Assembly: GCA_964187785.1 (NCBI GenBank)
Contig: OZ076409.1
Coordinates: 68,698,001 to 68,762,000, forward strand
Length of the DNA stretch: 64,000 nucleotides
Source of the DNA: Amphiscolops sp. MND2022
Lineage: Eukaryota
Reading direction: 5' to 3'
The translations under genes and the position numbers were made by a program. How positions within the stretch are numbered: the first letter of the stretch is position 1; the number at the start of each line of letters is the position of its first letter. Below are positions 1 to 14,005 of this stretch, in pieces. Below the pieces are notes generated by a model that did not search any database, was not told where the DNA came from, and saw only the letters and a program-made list of their open reading frames with translations.

Positions 1-1714
1 GACTAATAGAATACAGAAGCAAAAAGTATATTTTCTCACAATTAATTGAGAACACAGACTTCATATAATGCTTTTACCTAAGTTACAAAAATCACAACTC
101 TAGCAAAATTCATACAAGAATTCTTCTAAGATCTTGTAAGAAAATGCATTTTTAGAATCTTTCATTTTTTTTGCATTTTCTGCTTCAAAAAATTTTGGTC
201 GAAATAACACATCACATTTTTTGCAAGAACTTCTTGCGAAAAAAAATGCATTTTTTGCAAAAATGTTATCAGAATCTTGTAAGAAATGATCGACATTGTA
301 ACAAATTTGCAAAATTTGCGATTCTTGTACAAACTTGTCAGGTTCTTGTAAGAAATGCAAAGTTGACAAGAATTTCGGAAGAATTTTGCAAGATTTGTAA
401 TTCTTGTAACCTAGGGTTAATAGGGAAAAAATCAAACATTGTTTGAAGAATATAGGACGCAATACATCAATTTGTCAAGATGATGCATCTGGGGAATTTT
501 TTGAACAGTGGGCTGTCTTTCTAATAACAGAATGCTTTTGATAAAAAAACTCGGTGGCTGTGAATTTGGATCGGATTCTTTGTATAGAATATACTATTCA
601 AACAAACAGATGTGATAATTACAGCAGAGACTCAGTGGCACTTTGATATTTTTCGTATGCTGTTAGAAGAGGGATTTAGGAACAAACTGAACGCATCAAT
701 AGTTTGACAAAGAAAAGGTGACAGAATAATCTCAACTAAAACTACTTCAACAGATCTGAAAACAATTTCGTGCATAAAGCATTCTAAAAACAATATCGAA
801 ACAAGTACTTCTACCACATTCTCCTTGGTGAAACCTGATTGAAACGAAACGTCAGTAATTTGATTTTTGAATGGTTCAAATTGAACAGCCTGGGAAAATC
901 GACGCCCCGCTCAAAGCTCGAAAAGAATATATGTTTAAATGAATATGTTCGAAAACTATTATTGAGAAAACACTCATCAATCCCACACAATCAAACTATG
1001 CGGGCGCCCAGTTGTTTCAACTGCAAACATCGAAAAACTAAAACTTGTGGGAACGAAACATTTATTCAAAAACTTTTTTTCATCAAAAAGCTTTGGGAAA
1101 GTTGTCCAGGACTGAAAACATAAAAAAAATCAAAAGGTGACGCTTTGGTTAAATTTTCAAACGTCAAACAATACCACAGCATTCATAGGGGACCCTTTGG
1201 ACTCGTCAAATTGTTTTCGAACCCACTGACAACTGTTTCCCAGAAACATTGGCTAACCACTACGCTAAGTGAAAGTACAATCCAGAATGCATCCAATAGT
1301 TTCAGGTTCAAATTAATGGAAAAACTTTTTTGAGAAAAAAAAGGCCGGCAAAAACAACACAGTACTGTCTTATGCCATGAAGGGGACTCTTTGATCTCCT
1401 GGTTTGACGTAAAAAAAGACTGAATTGAATTTTAAGAATTGACTCTTCATTCAAAACTCGAAGCTTATTTGGGAAACAATTTTCAGGAATTTTACTACAA
1501 GACCTAGTAACTAGCGAAAATGTTGCAGCGATATTGTCTTTTCTTTCACAACCTACAGAGAAGTACTGAAACAATTAGCTCAGCAGAATAAAATTTTCGA
1601 AATAAAAAGGCAAAAATTGAGAATTGTTTCGGCCAGAAATTTGGATTTTCTATCCTAACAGCAAAATCCAACACATAACACACAACCCACAACACACCCT
1701 TTGATAGTTGGGTT

Positions 1715-2250
1715 GAGTGGTTGGCTTAATAGCTTATCTACATTTGGCATGTGTGGTCTTTTCTTTATATCACTCTCATTTAGTTTCCAAGCGTCTTACG
1801 CAATTTTCACCGATTTATCATATTTAACAGTAATGCCTACCGGGGATATGAAAACGTCTTCTTCGATTGTTTCTAGTCTCTTTTTCCAAACGGTATGGTG
1901 TCGGTCTGGCGTTTTGTTGTATTCGGTAACATCCCTGCTTTACTTATTTTTTCCTTTCAGTATTTGGATAGTGTGGTTCAATTCGAGAAGTTCTGGAATT
2001 TTCTTTGGATGCTTTTGGTTAGTTTTTGTTTTTGGCCAATAAAATTTTGTTCATGGTGATGGGTAGATTTTTCAGCCATTTAACACCTAATGGTGGTGTG
2101 ATCTTGTTTCTTCATAATTTTTTCTGTTATTAGTGGTGGTAGGTTTGCTGATTTGCCGTTGTATTCACCGCCGACCCAATTACTTACCTCAAAATTACGT
2201 TCTTTTTTGAGTGTATTGACATCTCTCTTCGAGCGGTTGGATATCTCCCG
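1715..2250 (-). pseudogene. Degenerate Ty3/Gypsy pol fragment (N-terminal part of reverse transcriptase)
   Basis: Minus-strand translation with stops/frameshifts gives IQQNARPTPYRL and DVFISPVGITVKYDKSVKIA*DAWKLNESDIKKRPHMPNVDKLLSQ, resembling the Gypsy RT pattern QKARPIP...SPVVITVKKD.SVKIALD.RKLN....MP. Boundaries approximate. Confidence 0.7.
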
Positions 2251-2259
2251 TTATTTTTA

Positions 2260-5200
2260 CTTCAAAAAAAGTTCATCAAGACCAAAAATCGTTGTCCAAT
2301 AGCTGTTTATGATGAAATAAATGCGTTTTTTTCTGAAAAAAGACCTAAAAATGGCAAAAAAACAAAAAATTTTACGTTTTTCAAAGTATTCACGCATTTT
2401 CGTCAAATTTTTGACAGACTTTGTGGATTGGATGGTTTTGAGGGGTCAACAAGGAAAGATATGGTTGTCCAGTAGTCGTATTTGAAGAGTTTTTTTCTTT
2501 TTTCAAAATGAAAAGGTCTCAGATTGACACTAAAACAGACAAAAATCTCAATTATTTCCAATGTTAAAAAAATTTAAGCATTTTTTCCAACTTTTCGACA
2601 AACTTTGTGGATTCAAACGTTGAAAAGGGTCAACTAGGAAGAAATTTGTAGTCCAGTAGGCTTTTCCGAAGAGTTTATTGCAATTTTCTAAGTGACATTG
2701 TCTCAAATTGACACCGAAATTGAGAAAAGTCCAAAATTTTTCCATGTTTCAAAGATTTTGTTTGCGTTTTGGTTAGAGTTTTGACAGACTTCGTAGATTG
2801 GAAAATTTTAAAAGGTCAAAAAGGAGAAACTTGGCTGTCCAGTAGTCTTTTATGAAGAGATAATTGCAATCATCTGAATGAAAAAGTATCAAATTGACAC
2901 CATAAAACACAAAAATCTCAAAACTTTCCAATTTTCAAAGACTTTATGCATTTTTTTCCAAATTTGCGACAGACTTCGTCAATTGGAACGTTGAAAAGGG
3001 TCAACAAGGCAAGAATGTTTTGTCCAGTATGCTTAGAAAACAGATAAATGCGGTTTTGTAAACGAAATTGGTCCGCAATTGACATTAAAAGAGACAAAAT
3101 TTCGAAATCTTTCAGATTTGCACCCTTTTTGTTCAATTTTTGTCAAAATATTGATACGCTTCGTGGACTAGAGTGTTGAAACGCCTAAAGCACGAGCGAA
3201 TTTGTTGTTTTGGTGAGCTTTCGTTACCAGGTAAGGTCAATTTGTAAAAGCAAAATCCCTCAAATTGACCTGAGTTGTATAAAAAATTGAAGTTTTTGTC
3301 GTTTTTGATGCATTTTTTGTACATATTCCCAAAAAATGTCGATCTAAGTTCTAACCCAAACATTTCAGTAACGAATGAAAGAGCTTTGCAATAAATTTTT
3401 AAATATAAGATTTCAGTGTTTTGCATCAAAAACACTCCAAGATGACTCCAAAGCAGCCGAAAAGTTTCAACAACTTCGTTGTTGTGCAACTTGTGTACTT
3501 TTTTGAATCGTTTTGGTCTCAGAGTGTCCACAAGCGTTCAACAAAGACTGAACTCATAATCCAATAGGCATATAAAGGAATTTTTGCCGACTTCGGTTGG
3601 AAACTGGCTGAAAAGTGACCGCAGAAAGTGGAAAGTTTGGAAACTTTTGTCGATTTCCGGCATTTCCAGAGGTTTTTTAGTTGAGATTAGAAAATTTCGG
3701 CAAAGTTTTATTTCTGGTAAAATTTCGGTTTTTCAAAGTTTTTACGCATTTTTTGTCAACTTTTTGACAGCCTTTGTGGTTTTGAATGTTTTAAGTGGTC
3801 AGCAAGGAAAAGATTGGTTGTCCAGTAGTCATTTTCGAAGAGTTTTTTTTGCAAAAGGAAAATGTCTCAAATTGACACCAAAACAGACAAATATCTCAAT
3901 TATTTCAAATTTTAAAAAAATTCAAGATTTTTCCAAATTTTTGATCGACTTTGTGGTTTCAAACGTTGAAAAGGGTCAACTAGGAAGAAATCTGTAGACC
4001 AGTAGGCTCTTCCGAAGAGTATATTGCAGTTTTCTACGTGACAATGTCTCAAATTGACATCGAAATTGACAGTCCAAAACTTTTCCGATTTTCAAAAAAA
4101 ATTTTTGCGTTTTTGGTTGAAGTTTTGACAGACCGTGGATTGGAATGTTTCAAAGGGTCAAGAAGGAAAAAGTTGGTTGTCCAGTAGTCATTTATGAAGA
4201 GATAATTGCAATCTTCTCAATGAAAAAATGTCAATTTGACACCAAAAAGACAAAAAACTCAAAACTTTCCAAGTTTCGAAGTTTTTATGCTTTTTTCCGA
4301 ATTTCCGACAGACTTCGTCAATTGGAACGTTGAAAAGGGTCAACAAGGCAAGAATGTTTTGTCCAGTATGCTTAGAAAACAGATAAATGCAGTTTTGTAA
4401 ACAAAATTCGTCCGCAATTGACATCGAAAAAGACAAAATTGCGAAGTTTTTCCAATTTTTACTCTTTTTGTTCAATTTTTGTCAAATTATTGATACTCTT
4501 CGTGGACTAGTGTTAAAACGCCTAAAACACGAGCAAAGTTGTTGTTTCGGTGAGCTTTCGTTTCGAGATAAGTTCAATTTGTAAAAACAAAATCCCTCAA
4601 ATTGACCTGAATTGTTAAAAAATTTGAATTTTTTGTCGTTTTTGATGCAATTTTTGTACATATTCCAGAAAAACTTCGGTCGAAATTCCAACCCAATTGA
4701 CTTAGTAACGAATGAACGAGGTATGCAATAATTTTTTAAATCGAAGATTTCCGTGTTTTGCATCAAAAACACTCCAAAATGACTCCAAAGCAGCCGAAAA
4801 AATTCAACAACTTCGTTGTTGTGCAACTTGTGTACTTTTTGAATAGTTTTGGTCTCAGAGTGTCCTCAAGCGTTCAACAAAGACTGAACTCATAATCAAA
4901 TAGGCATATAAAGGAAAATTTGCAGACTTAAAGTTGGAAAATGGCTAAAAAGTGACCGCAGAAAGTGGAAAGTTTGGAAACTTTTGTCGATTTCCGGCAA
5001 TTCCAGAGATTTCTTAGTTGAGATTAGAAAATTTCAGTAAAGTTTTATATTTGGTAAAATTTCGGTTTATTAAACTTTTTACGCACTTTTCGTCAAATTT
5101 TTGTCAGACTTTGTGTATTGGATTGTTTTAAGTGGTCAGCAAGGAAAAGATTGGTTGTCCAATAGTCGTTTTCGAAGAGTTTTCTTTGCAAAAGGAAAAT

Positions 5201-7720
5201 GTCTCAAATTGACACCAAAACAGTCAAATATCTCAATCATTTCAAATTTTAAAAGATTCAAGATTTTTCCAAATTTTCGATCAACTTTGTGGTTTCAAAC
5301 GTTGAAAAGGGTCAACTAGGAAGAAATCTGTAGACCACTAGGCTTTTCCGAAGAGTATATTGCAGTTTTCTACGTGACAATGTCTCAAATTGACATCGAA
5401 ATTGACAAAGTCCAAAATTTTTCCGATTTTCAAAAAAATTTTTTTTTGCGTTTTTGGTTGAAGTTTCGACAGACCGTAGATTGGAATGTTTCAAAAGGTC
5501 AAGAAGGAAAAAGTTGATTGTCCAGGAGTCTTTTATGAAGAGATAATTGCAATCTTCTCAATGAAAAAGTATCAAATTGACAACAAAAAGACAAAAAACT
5601 CAAAACTTTCCAAGTTTCGATAATTTTATGCTTTTTTTCCGAATTTCCGACAGACTTCGTCAATTGGAACGTTGAAAAGTATCAACAAGGCAAGAATGTT
5701 TTGTCCAGTATGCTCAGAAAACAGATGAATGCAGTTTTGTAAACAAAGTTTGTCCGCAATTGACATCGAAAAAGACAAAATTGCCAAAGTTTTCCAATTT
5801 TTACTATTTTTGTTCAATTTTTGTCAAAATATTATTACTCTTCGTGGACTAGTGTTAAAACGCCTAAAACACGAGCAAAGTTGATGTTTCGGTGAGCTTT
5901 CGTTTCGAGATAAGTTCAATTTGTAAAAAAAATCCATCAAATTGACCTGAATTGTTAAAAAATTTGAATTTTTTGTCGTTTTTGATGCAATTTTTATACA
6001 TATTCCCGAAAAACTTCGATCGAAATTCCAACCCAATTGACTCAGTAACGAATGAACGAGGTATGCAATAATTTTTTAAATCGAAGATTTCCGTGTTTTG
6101 CATCAAAAACACTCCAAAATGACTCCAAAGCAGCCGAAAAAATTCAACAACTTCGTTGTTGTGCAATTTTGTTCTTTTTGAATAGTTTTGGTCTCAGAGT
6201 GTCCACAAGCGTTCAACAAAGACTGAACTCATAATCAAATAGGCATATAAAGGAATATTTGCAGACTTCAGTTGGAAAATGGCTGAAAAGTGACCGCAAA
6301 ATGTCGAAAATTTGGAATCTTTTGTCGATTTCCGACATTTCCAGAGAGTTTTTATTTGAGATTAAAAAAGTTCAGTAAAGTTTTATATTTGGTAAAATTT
6401 CGGTTTATTAAAGTTTTTACGCACTGTTCGTCAAATTTTTGTCAGACTTTGTGAATTGGAATGTTTTGAGTGGTCAACAAAAAAAGACTGGTTGTCCAGT
6501 AGTCGTTTTCGAAGAGTTTTTTTTGCAAAAAGAAAATGTCTCAAATTGACACCAAAACAGACAAATATCTCAAATATTTCTAATTTTGAAAAAATTAGGA
6601 ATTTTCCAACTTTTCGACAGACTTTGTGGTTTCAAACGTTGAAAAGGTTCAACTAGGAAGAAATCTGTAGTCCAGTAGGCTTTTTCGAAGAATTTATTGT
6701 AGTTTTCTAAGTGACAATGTCTCAAAGTGACACCGAAATTGACAGATGTCCAAAATTTTTCCAATTTTCAAAAATCATTTTTGCATTTTTGGTTGAAGTT
6801 TCGACAGACCGTGGGTTGGAATGTTTCAAAGGGTCAAAAAAGAAAAAGTTGGTTGTCCAGTAGTCTTTTATGAAGAGATAATTGCAATCTTCCGAATGAA
6901 AAAGTATCAAATTGGCACCAACAAAAACAAAAATCTCAAAAGTTTCCAAGTTTCGAAGATTTTATGCTTTTTTCCAAATTTCCGACAGACTTCGTCAATT
7001 GAAACGTTGAAAAGGGTCAACAAGGTAAGAATGTTTGGTCCAGTATGCTTAGAAAACAGATAAATGCAGTTTTGTAAACGGAATACGTCCGCAATTGACA
7101 TCAAAAGAGACAAAATTGCAAAATCTTTGAGATTTTAACTCTTTTTGTTCAATTTTTCTCAAAATATTGATACTCTTCGTGGACTACATTGCTAAAACGC
7201 CTAAGGCACAAGCAAATTTGTTGTTCCGGTGAGCTTTCGTTAAGAGATAAGTCCAATTTGTGAAAGAAAAATGCCTCTATATGACATGAATTGTCAAAAA
7301 AGTTTTTGTCGTTTTGATGCAAGTTTTGTACATTATTGCTAAAAATTTCGCTCTAAGTTCCAACCCAATCAACTCAGTAACGAATGAACGAGCTGTGCAT
7401 TAACTTTTGAAAGAGAAGATTGCAGTGTTTTGCATCAAAAACACTTGAAAATGACTCCAAAGCAGTCGAAAAATTTGGAAACGAAAACTTCGTTTTCGTG
7501 CAACTTGTGTACTTTTTGAATCGTTTTGGTCTCAGAGTGTGCACAAGCGTTCAACAAAAACCGAACTCATAATCAAATAGGCATATAAAAGAATATTTGC
7601 TGATTTCTGTTGGAAAATGGATGAAAAATGACCGCAAAAAGTCACAAATTTGGAACCTTTGGTCAATTTCCGACATTTTCAGAGAATTTTTATTTCAGAT
7701 AGGCGAACTGCGGTAAAATA
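2260..7720. repeat. Higher-order tandem repeat: about 4 copies of a ~1337-bp unit that itself contains ~185-bp subrepeats
   Basis: Marker ggtctcagagtgt..caagcgttcaacaaa recurs near 3521, 4857, 6196 and 7534. Subrepeat marker ggtcaac..ggaa...tgtccagtag...aaattgacac recurs near 2443, 2627, 2813 and 2998, and at equivalent positions in each unit. Confidence 0.9.
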
Positions 7721-9459
7721 AGAGCTTCGAAAATCACGAGATAATAAAACTAATTCCGAAGCACGTTTTTTAAAGAAATGCCAAATTTAGGGTCGGAAAT
7801 TCCTTTGAATTACCCCAATATTGGAAACACTGAGAATTTTCAATTTTTTTACCTTCCAGGCAATTTTTTGTTCACTTTTTCAGCTTCCTTGCATAAATTG
7901 GTTTTAAAAACTCAACAATGACGAATTCGGATTTCTCCAGTAGGCAATTTTGATGAGATAACTGCATTTTTTGTTGGAATTGGCCTCAAAACACCCAAAA
8001 GTCCATGAAACATCAAAAAAGCACGTTGTTTGACAAAGTAATTCCAACGTATGTTCAAATCACGGATTTTGTTTAAAAAATAGAACTGCGAATGACCCGA
8101 GCGATTAAACAAAGTGGTATTCGAAACGCAATTGGGGGAAAAGGTTGAATGAAGTTCATCGAAATTACAACAAAATTGGCATAGTTTCCAAACTTTTTTC
8201 ATTTTCCACAACATAGTCCCAATTTTGGACACTTTAGGAAAATTTACTTCAATCAGAAAGATATCAGACAAGTTTATTTGCACAACTTTCAAAACCTTTA
8301 TTGAAAACGTAAATTTCGACCTCATTTGTCCAACATTCAAAAACATCCAAGAAAAATCACTGGATATGGAGTACACTTTCCAAAGGAAAATGGTTCGAGC
8401 TACTTCTTGGGTTAGAACATGTCAACATTCAACAACAGCTAAACTCGGTGTCCAGTAGGCTTAATTTTGAAGCTACATCTGTAGATTCATGTTAGAAAAG
8501 TTCCTCAAGTTTATCCCAAAGTTTTACACTATTTCCAAAATTTGACATTTCTGGTTAAACTATGTGCAATAAATTAACAAACCGGGAATGCTCAATGTTT
8601 CTCATTTTGCAAAGTACCTAGTTTCAAGCTTTTGCCACTTCCTCAGTGCCAAGGATTACCTCAAGAAGTTCGTCTGAGACTAGGAAACCACTTTTTGATC
8701 AACAGGAATAACAAAAACACCCATTTTCAAAGTTTTTCTCTGGCCGAAATGTGCTATGGAAGCAAGGGGTACTCTTTGCACAAATGGAAGTTTCGGAAAA
8801 TCGGAAAGACGCACAGACTTAAAAAAACTGAAAGGAGGTAATTTGCTCAATCAATAAGAAACCTCGTCAATTGCATATGATCAAAAATAACAGAGAAGTC
8901 ACCCTCAAGACTCGGGAAACCTATTTCTTTTACCAAAAACATCAAAAACTAAAAATTCGCACAAAGTGTTTCTCGAACATTTTTTCAAAAAAGTTATTGA
9001 AAATTTTCTTTTTTCTTGGTGAGTGGCCAGCTTTCACCGAAAGTATGAACTAGGGCTTTCCTTTGAAAAGAGCTAAAATGATTGAAATTTTTCCTTTCTT
9101 CGAAGTTTTTTGCGTTTTATAGTGCATTCGCTATTCTTGAGCCCCAAATTTATTTAGGTGTAAAGATTGGGGCAAAAAATATATGGACCTCAACTTTTTC
9201 ATATTTTTTTTTAAAAAATTCCTCCCTCGGTAAGTTGCATAGTGCCGAAAAAAAACGAGAAGTGGTCAGCTATCGCAGAAATATTACATTAGGGATTTCC
9301 TTTGGAATGGGCTACGATGAATCAGAGCTTTCTTTTTTCGAACTTATCTGCGTTTGTATTGTGCATTGGTTATTCTTGAGCCTCGAATTTATTTAGTTGT
9401 AGAACAATTTGGGGCGGAAATTTTCTCGGCGCTCAGCGGGCGTCTTGTATATAGTAATG

Positions 9460-10340
9460 TCATATGACTTTATTGTGACCTAATCTTTCAGCTCGATACC
9501 GTAATATTCGTCTTCTTTTGGTTGTATTCGGTTGATTTGTGTTATAGGTTTGCCCAGGTTCGCTTTTTTCTTCCTTCCAGTTTGCGTCTTCCAAGTAGTT
9601 TTTTCTTCTCTTTGTGTATGTTGTTAATTTGCTGCGACATACCCGTGCGAAAAGGCCCGTTCTTCGACAGTTGTTGCATTTTGCTATTGTTGTGGTGTCT
9701 GGTTTTGTCATCCGTAGAATCTACAGTTTTTCTTGTTTGTTTAGCCCTCCAAACTGCCGTACCTCAGCTTGGTCCTTGGGTAGTCTTGGATCTGGCGTCG
9801 GTGATTTTTTGGGTTGGTCTTTGTTTCACTTCTATGCCCTTTACTAGTGCCTGTGGTAAGGTTGATCGTTTATATCATCGGTCGTAGCTTTTCTTGGGTG
9901 ATTACATCCAACGTTGATCTGAGGTGGTTTAATGTTTTAGTTTTGCGTTTTGATCATTTCCCTGGAGCTTCTTGTTGGTGATGCTGGTGATGAATTTGGA
10001 TTTCAATAGATCCTCTTGTTTTGTCTTTGAACTCGCAATACCCGTGTTAATGTTTCCTTTTGTGATGTTTTCGGTTGCTGACGTTCCAGCACTAAGAGCT
10101 GAAATCTTGTCTGAGCTTTGGTTGTTTCTGTCCAACTTTAAATTTTCGCCCGTAGGTACTGCTTCACCGTCATATTTCTTTTAAATCGACGTCTTGGATT
10201 CCGTTGCTTTAAGGCCAAAGTTTTCCGGTCCATTCGTTTGGTTAATATAGTTTCTTACTGTCAAATCCGTAGTCTTTTAGATATGGTGCTTCCAATGTTG
10301 ACTATTCTAATGGTTAGAAAGAAGCAATTTGTTGAGGGAA
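9460..10340 (-). pseudogene. Degenerate LTR-retrotransposon gag remnant with a decayed CCHC zinc knuckle
   Basis: ORF 9460-9711 contains AKCNNCRRTGLFARVCRSK (Cx2Cx4[H>L]x4C). Upstream frames are broken. Boundaries approximate. Confidence 0.55.
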
Positions 10341-13300
10341 AACACTATTTTAGTGCGCCATGTTAAGATCTGTTTCTTACGGTTGAGAAAAACCAAAACT
10401 ATTTCAACAAGACGTCCACTGACCAGCAGGATATTTTCCGTCCGAACTGTTCTAGCAATGAGACTTTTTGTGAGGCACTATGAAAAACGCATAGAAGTTT
10501 GATGAAAAAGGTTTTAAAACGTTTCGAGAAATGTCCTCCCTCTTCAGAAGGAAACACTGCGACATCACAAAACACCCAATTGATTTTTTTTGTTGACTTA
10601 TGTGGATACCAAAACCTAAGCAATCAATTTTGTTAACAATTTTTTCGCGGAGTTGCCAAAACGTATGTCAAAATTTGGAATAAATTGCTTTTCCGACAAG
10701 TTTGCCTTCATTTGAGGAACGATTCTAAAAAACTGCAGGTTGCTTTTCAAAAACGTCTATTGGGTACAGGATCCAATAGTTCGTGGTTTACAAATTTGCT
10801 CGAAAGGTTCATAAAAAAGTATAAAAACTTTTCAAAAACAAACCACTTCAATTTTCCCATGTTTCAAGTCGTTCTGGCGAATAGTTTGCATACAAAATTG
10901 TAATTTGTTTTAAACATTCTGCAAGCTTGTTTCCAACGATTGAAACTTCTCAAAAACCAAGGACTCAGCATTCAAAAACGTTGATTTTAGATTTTATCCT
11001 TTCTGATTCATTAGGATCTTTCTTTAAGTGTTTTGGAAGCAAAATACTGCAACACTCTTTTTTCAAATTTGCATACTGCATAGCTCGTTTGATCGGTATT
11101 GAGTCTTTTGAAATTTTTCAGTCACTAAATTTTCAGAAGTTGTACACAAACTGCAGGAGAAACTACAAACTGCGAAGATTTGAGTTTTGATCTTTGGGGG
11201 TGGAAGTGAGGCATGCTTCTTATGGTAACTTGCATTGACAATTTCAAACAGTTTCACTGTAAACACGTTAAACTTTTAATTCAATCTTTTAAAGTTGTAA
11301 GTGACGAATTGTTTCGAAACTGTGATTAAAAATGTCTTGAAATGCTCAAATATTTGAAAAATTTTGACTTTTAGGATATTCTGCGGTGATTTTGTGGCTC
11401 TTTTTGAACATGAAGTTGCAGTTGTTTTTCAGTAGGACTACTATGTTTGCCTTTGTTTGCTGTTGATTGTTTTCATACTTCTAATGTGCGAAGTTTACGA
11501 AAATTCCATCAAAGTTCGTTTTTTGGAAAAGTTTCGGATTTTCGACTCATTTGAGCATTCTGAGATATTGTTTTTTCCAGAAAACTACAAAGTTACTCTT
11601 CAAAAGGCAAACTGCATAGCTTGATAAACGGTCAGGAACTTTAGGACCATCAATTTCACGAAAAGTTTCACAAACAATCACTAAAATTGTAAAAAAGGAA
11701 ACTTTGGATGTTTTTTACTCTTTTGCGATTTATCCTGAGACATTTTCCAACACAAATCAGCAAATTCTTCCCACAAACCACAAAAGCCTACTGCATTTCA
11801 TTTGCACTTTTTGTTGACCCTGTTTATTGTTAACAAGCTCAAAACGTTCCGAACAGTTCGTGTACTTTGCACGAAATAGTCAAAGTTTCAATTTTTCTAC
11901 TTTCCAACTCAAATGTATCGTTTTGAAGTTTCTCTGATGTAAAACATGGAAAACTTCTCATCAAAAAGGGACTACAAACCTGATTGTTTCAACTTTGATT
12001 GTTTTGAACCTTCTAACGAACAAAAATTTCCAAAAACGGTACTGAAATAACGTAGAGAAACTACATGAACTGGAAATTTTTGGACTTTACATCAAATTTT
12101 GTGGCAAATTAAAGCATATTTTTTATCTGAAACCGGCATTTATGCCTTTAAACAGCCTACTGGACAACGCATTTAGTTGTCGTTGGACAGTTTCAGAGTT
12201 CTAATCCAAGAAAATTTTGAAATTTTCACAAAAACCACGTTAGAAATTCAAAAATGTTTAAATAATAATGATTTTTTGACCTTTTTGTGGCCATTATTGC
12301 AGTTTTCTCTTACAAACTGCATTCATCTCCCCGAACAACCCCATTGGACAACAAATTCAATCGTAGTTGAACGTATTCGACGTTTTGATCAATGAATTCT
12401 CTTGAAGTTCTCAAAAGTTGCATTAAACCATGAAAAATCGGTAAATTTTGGGATTTTGTTCTCTTTGGTCGCAATTTGAACCTTTTATTCATTAGGAAAC
12501 TGATTTTACTTCCTAACAAACGCCTCCCGGGCAGCGAATTCTTTTGTTGTGGTACGTTTCACCATTCTAAGCTACCAAGTCTCTCAAAAAATAGACAAAA
12601 CTCGCAGGAAAACTCTAAATGTCAGAATTCTGTCTATTTCGGTCTGAATTCGACAAATTTTTGAAAACAAATTGCATTTATTTCTCCGAAAAAGCCTCTT
12701 GGACAACCAATTCTTTCCAAGTTGAACGTTCTCAACGTTCTAAGCTAGTAAGTGTATCAAAAATTTGACAAAAAGTGCATAAAAATGTGAAAAATCTTAA
12801 CATTTTGGATTTTTTTTCAATCTCGGTCTCAAATTGAGGCATTTTTTCAATAAAAAATTGCGTTTATTTCTTCAAAAAAGCTCTTGTATAACAAAATTTC
12901 TCCTTTTTGAACCTTTTCATTTCTAAGCCACTAAATCTATCGAAAACTTGACAAACATTGCATTGAAAGGTTAAAAATCGGAAGCTTTTGCAGTTTTTAT
13001 ATTTTTGGGGTAATTTTTAAGTCAGTCTGGGGTCTTTTGAGTCAATCACAAAAATCCAGCGATATCTACAAAAACATATCGCAGGATCCTAATTTTAAGT
13101 CAGTTGTATTCTATCTGTGAAGCCCTTTAGCTTGGATATAAACTTGGTGCTTGGCCCGATTAATTTAAATATTTTCCTTTTCCATATGAAATATAGACGG
13201 AAAATAATTATGAGCAATTATTTTCGTTACTATTCTATATAGCATAAATTATAACAATGGTAGCAAAACATGATAAATGGATGTTACGGTCATTAACGTT

Positions 13301-14005
13301 TTGTGGTCAACAACTTTCTGTCATATAGAGTTTAATTTAGGTCAGTTGTCTGGTGGTCATGTGTTCCTGTATCCCACATATAGAATATTCTAGAAAATTC
13401 CAGAACGATTGTTCTGTTCAAGAAGAAACAATAGCATAAATCAAATGCGGTAGATAAATAAAGAGGTTCTTATAACCAAAGAAAACCGCAATTAGTTAGG
13501 TAATTGTTCATTTTTTCCGACGTCTTGAAAAACAGGACGCTAGCCCAATTTTTTGTTTTTGTGCAAATCTTAAATTGAGGCGACAGATGGCTCGCTTGGA
13601 CAAAAATCTCTTCACAAACTCGACTGTAGCTCCAGGTTGAACATATTTTTTCTTTATTTCTTGGTCATTTTCTGTTTATCGTGAAATAAAAAGTCGCCAT
13701 TTTCAAAACAATAAAGAATAAAAACTTTTTAATCTATGCCGTAACAACAAATGATTCCGACCCCGGGTGTTATTTAGAAGCTTTGTGCTTCAGTTTTACG
13801 TCAGAAGATTTACGTCAGAAAATATTTTTTTAACGATTGGGAGAGCAAATAATAATCAATCACTCATACTCTTACTTTTCCTTTTCCTGGTCAACTCACT
13901 AAAATTGGCTGCCCATATTCACAGATTAAACTATTTCAAACTAAAACTCGCTCTTATATTAATTATAAAAATTGTTGTAACATTTCGGACAGTTTCGACC
14001 AAAAC

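Noticed and set aside
2548..8458. Many 60-150 aa ORFs in the ORF track
   Set aside because: They recur with the satellite period, are Phe/Lys-biased and have no recognisable domain.
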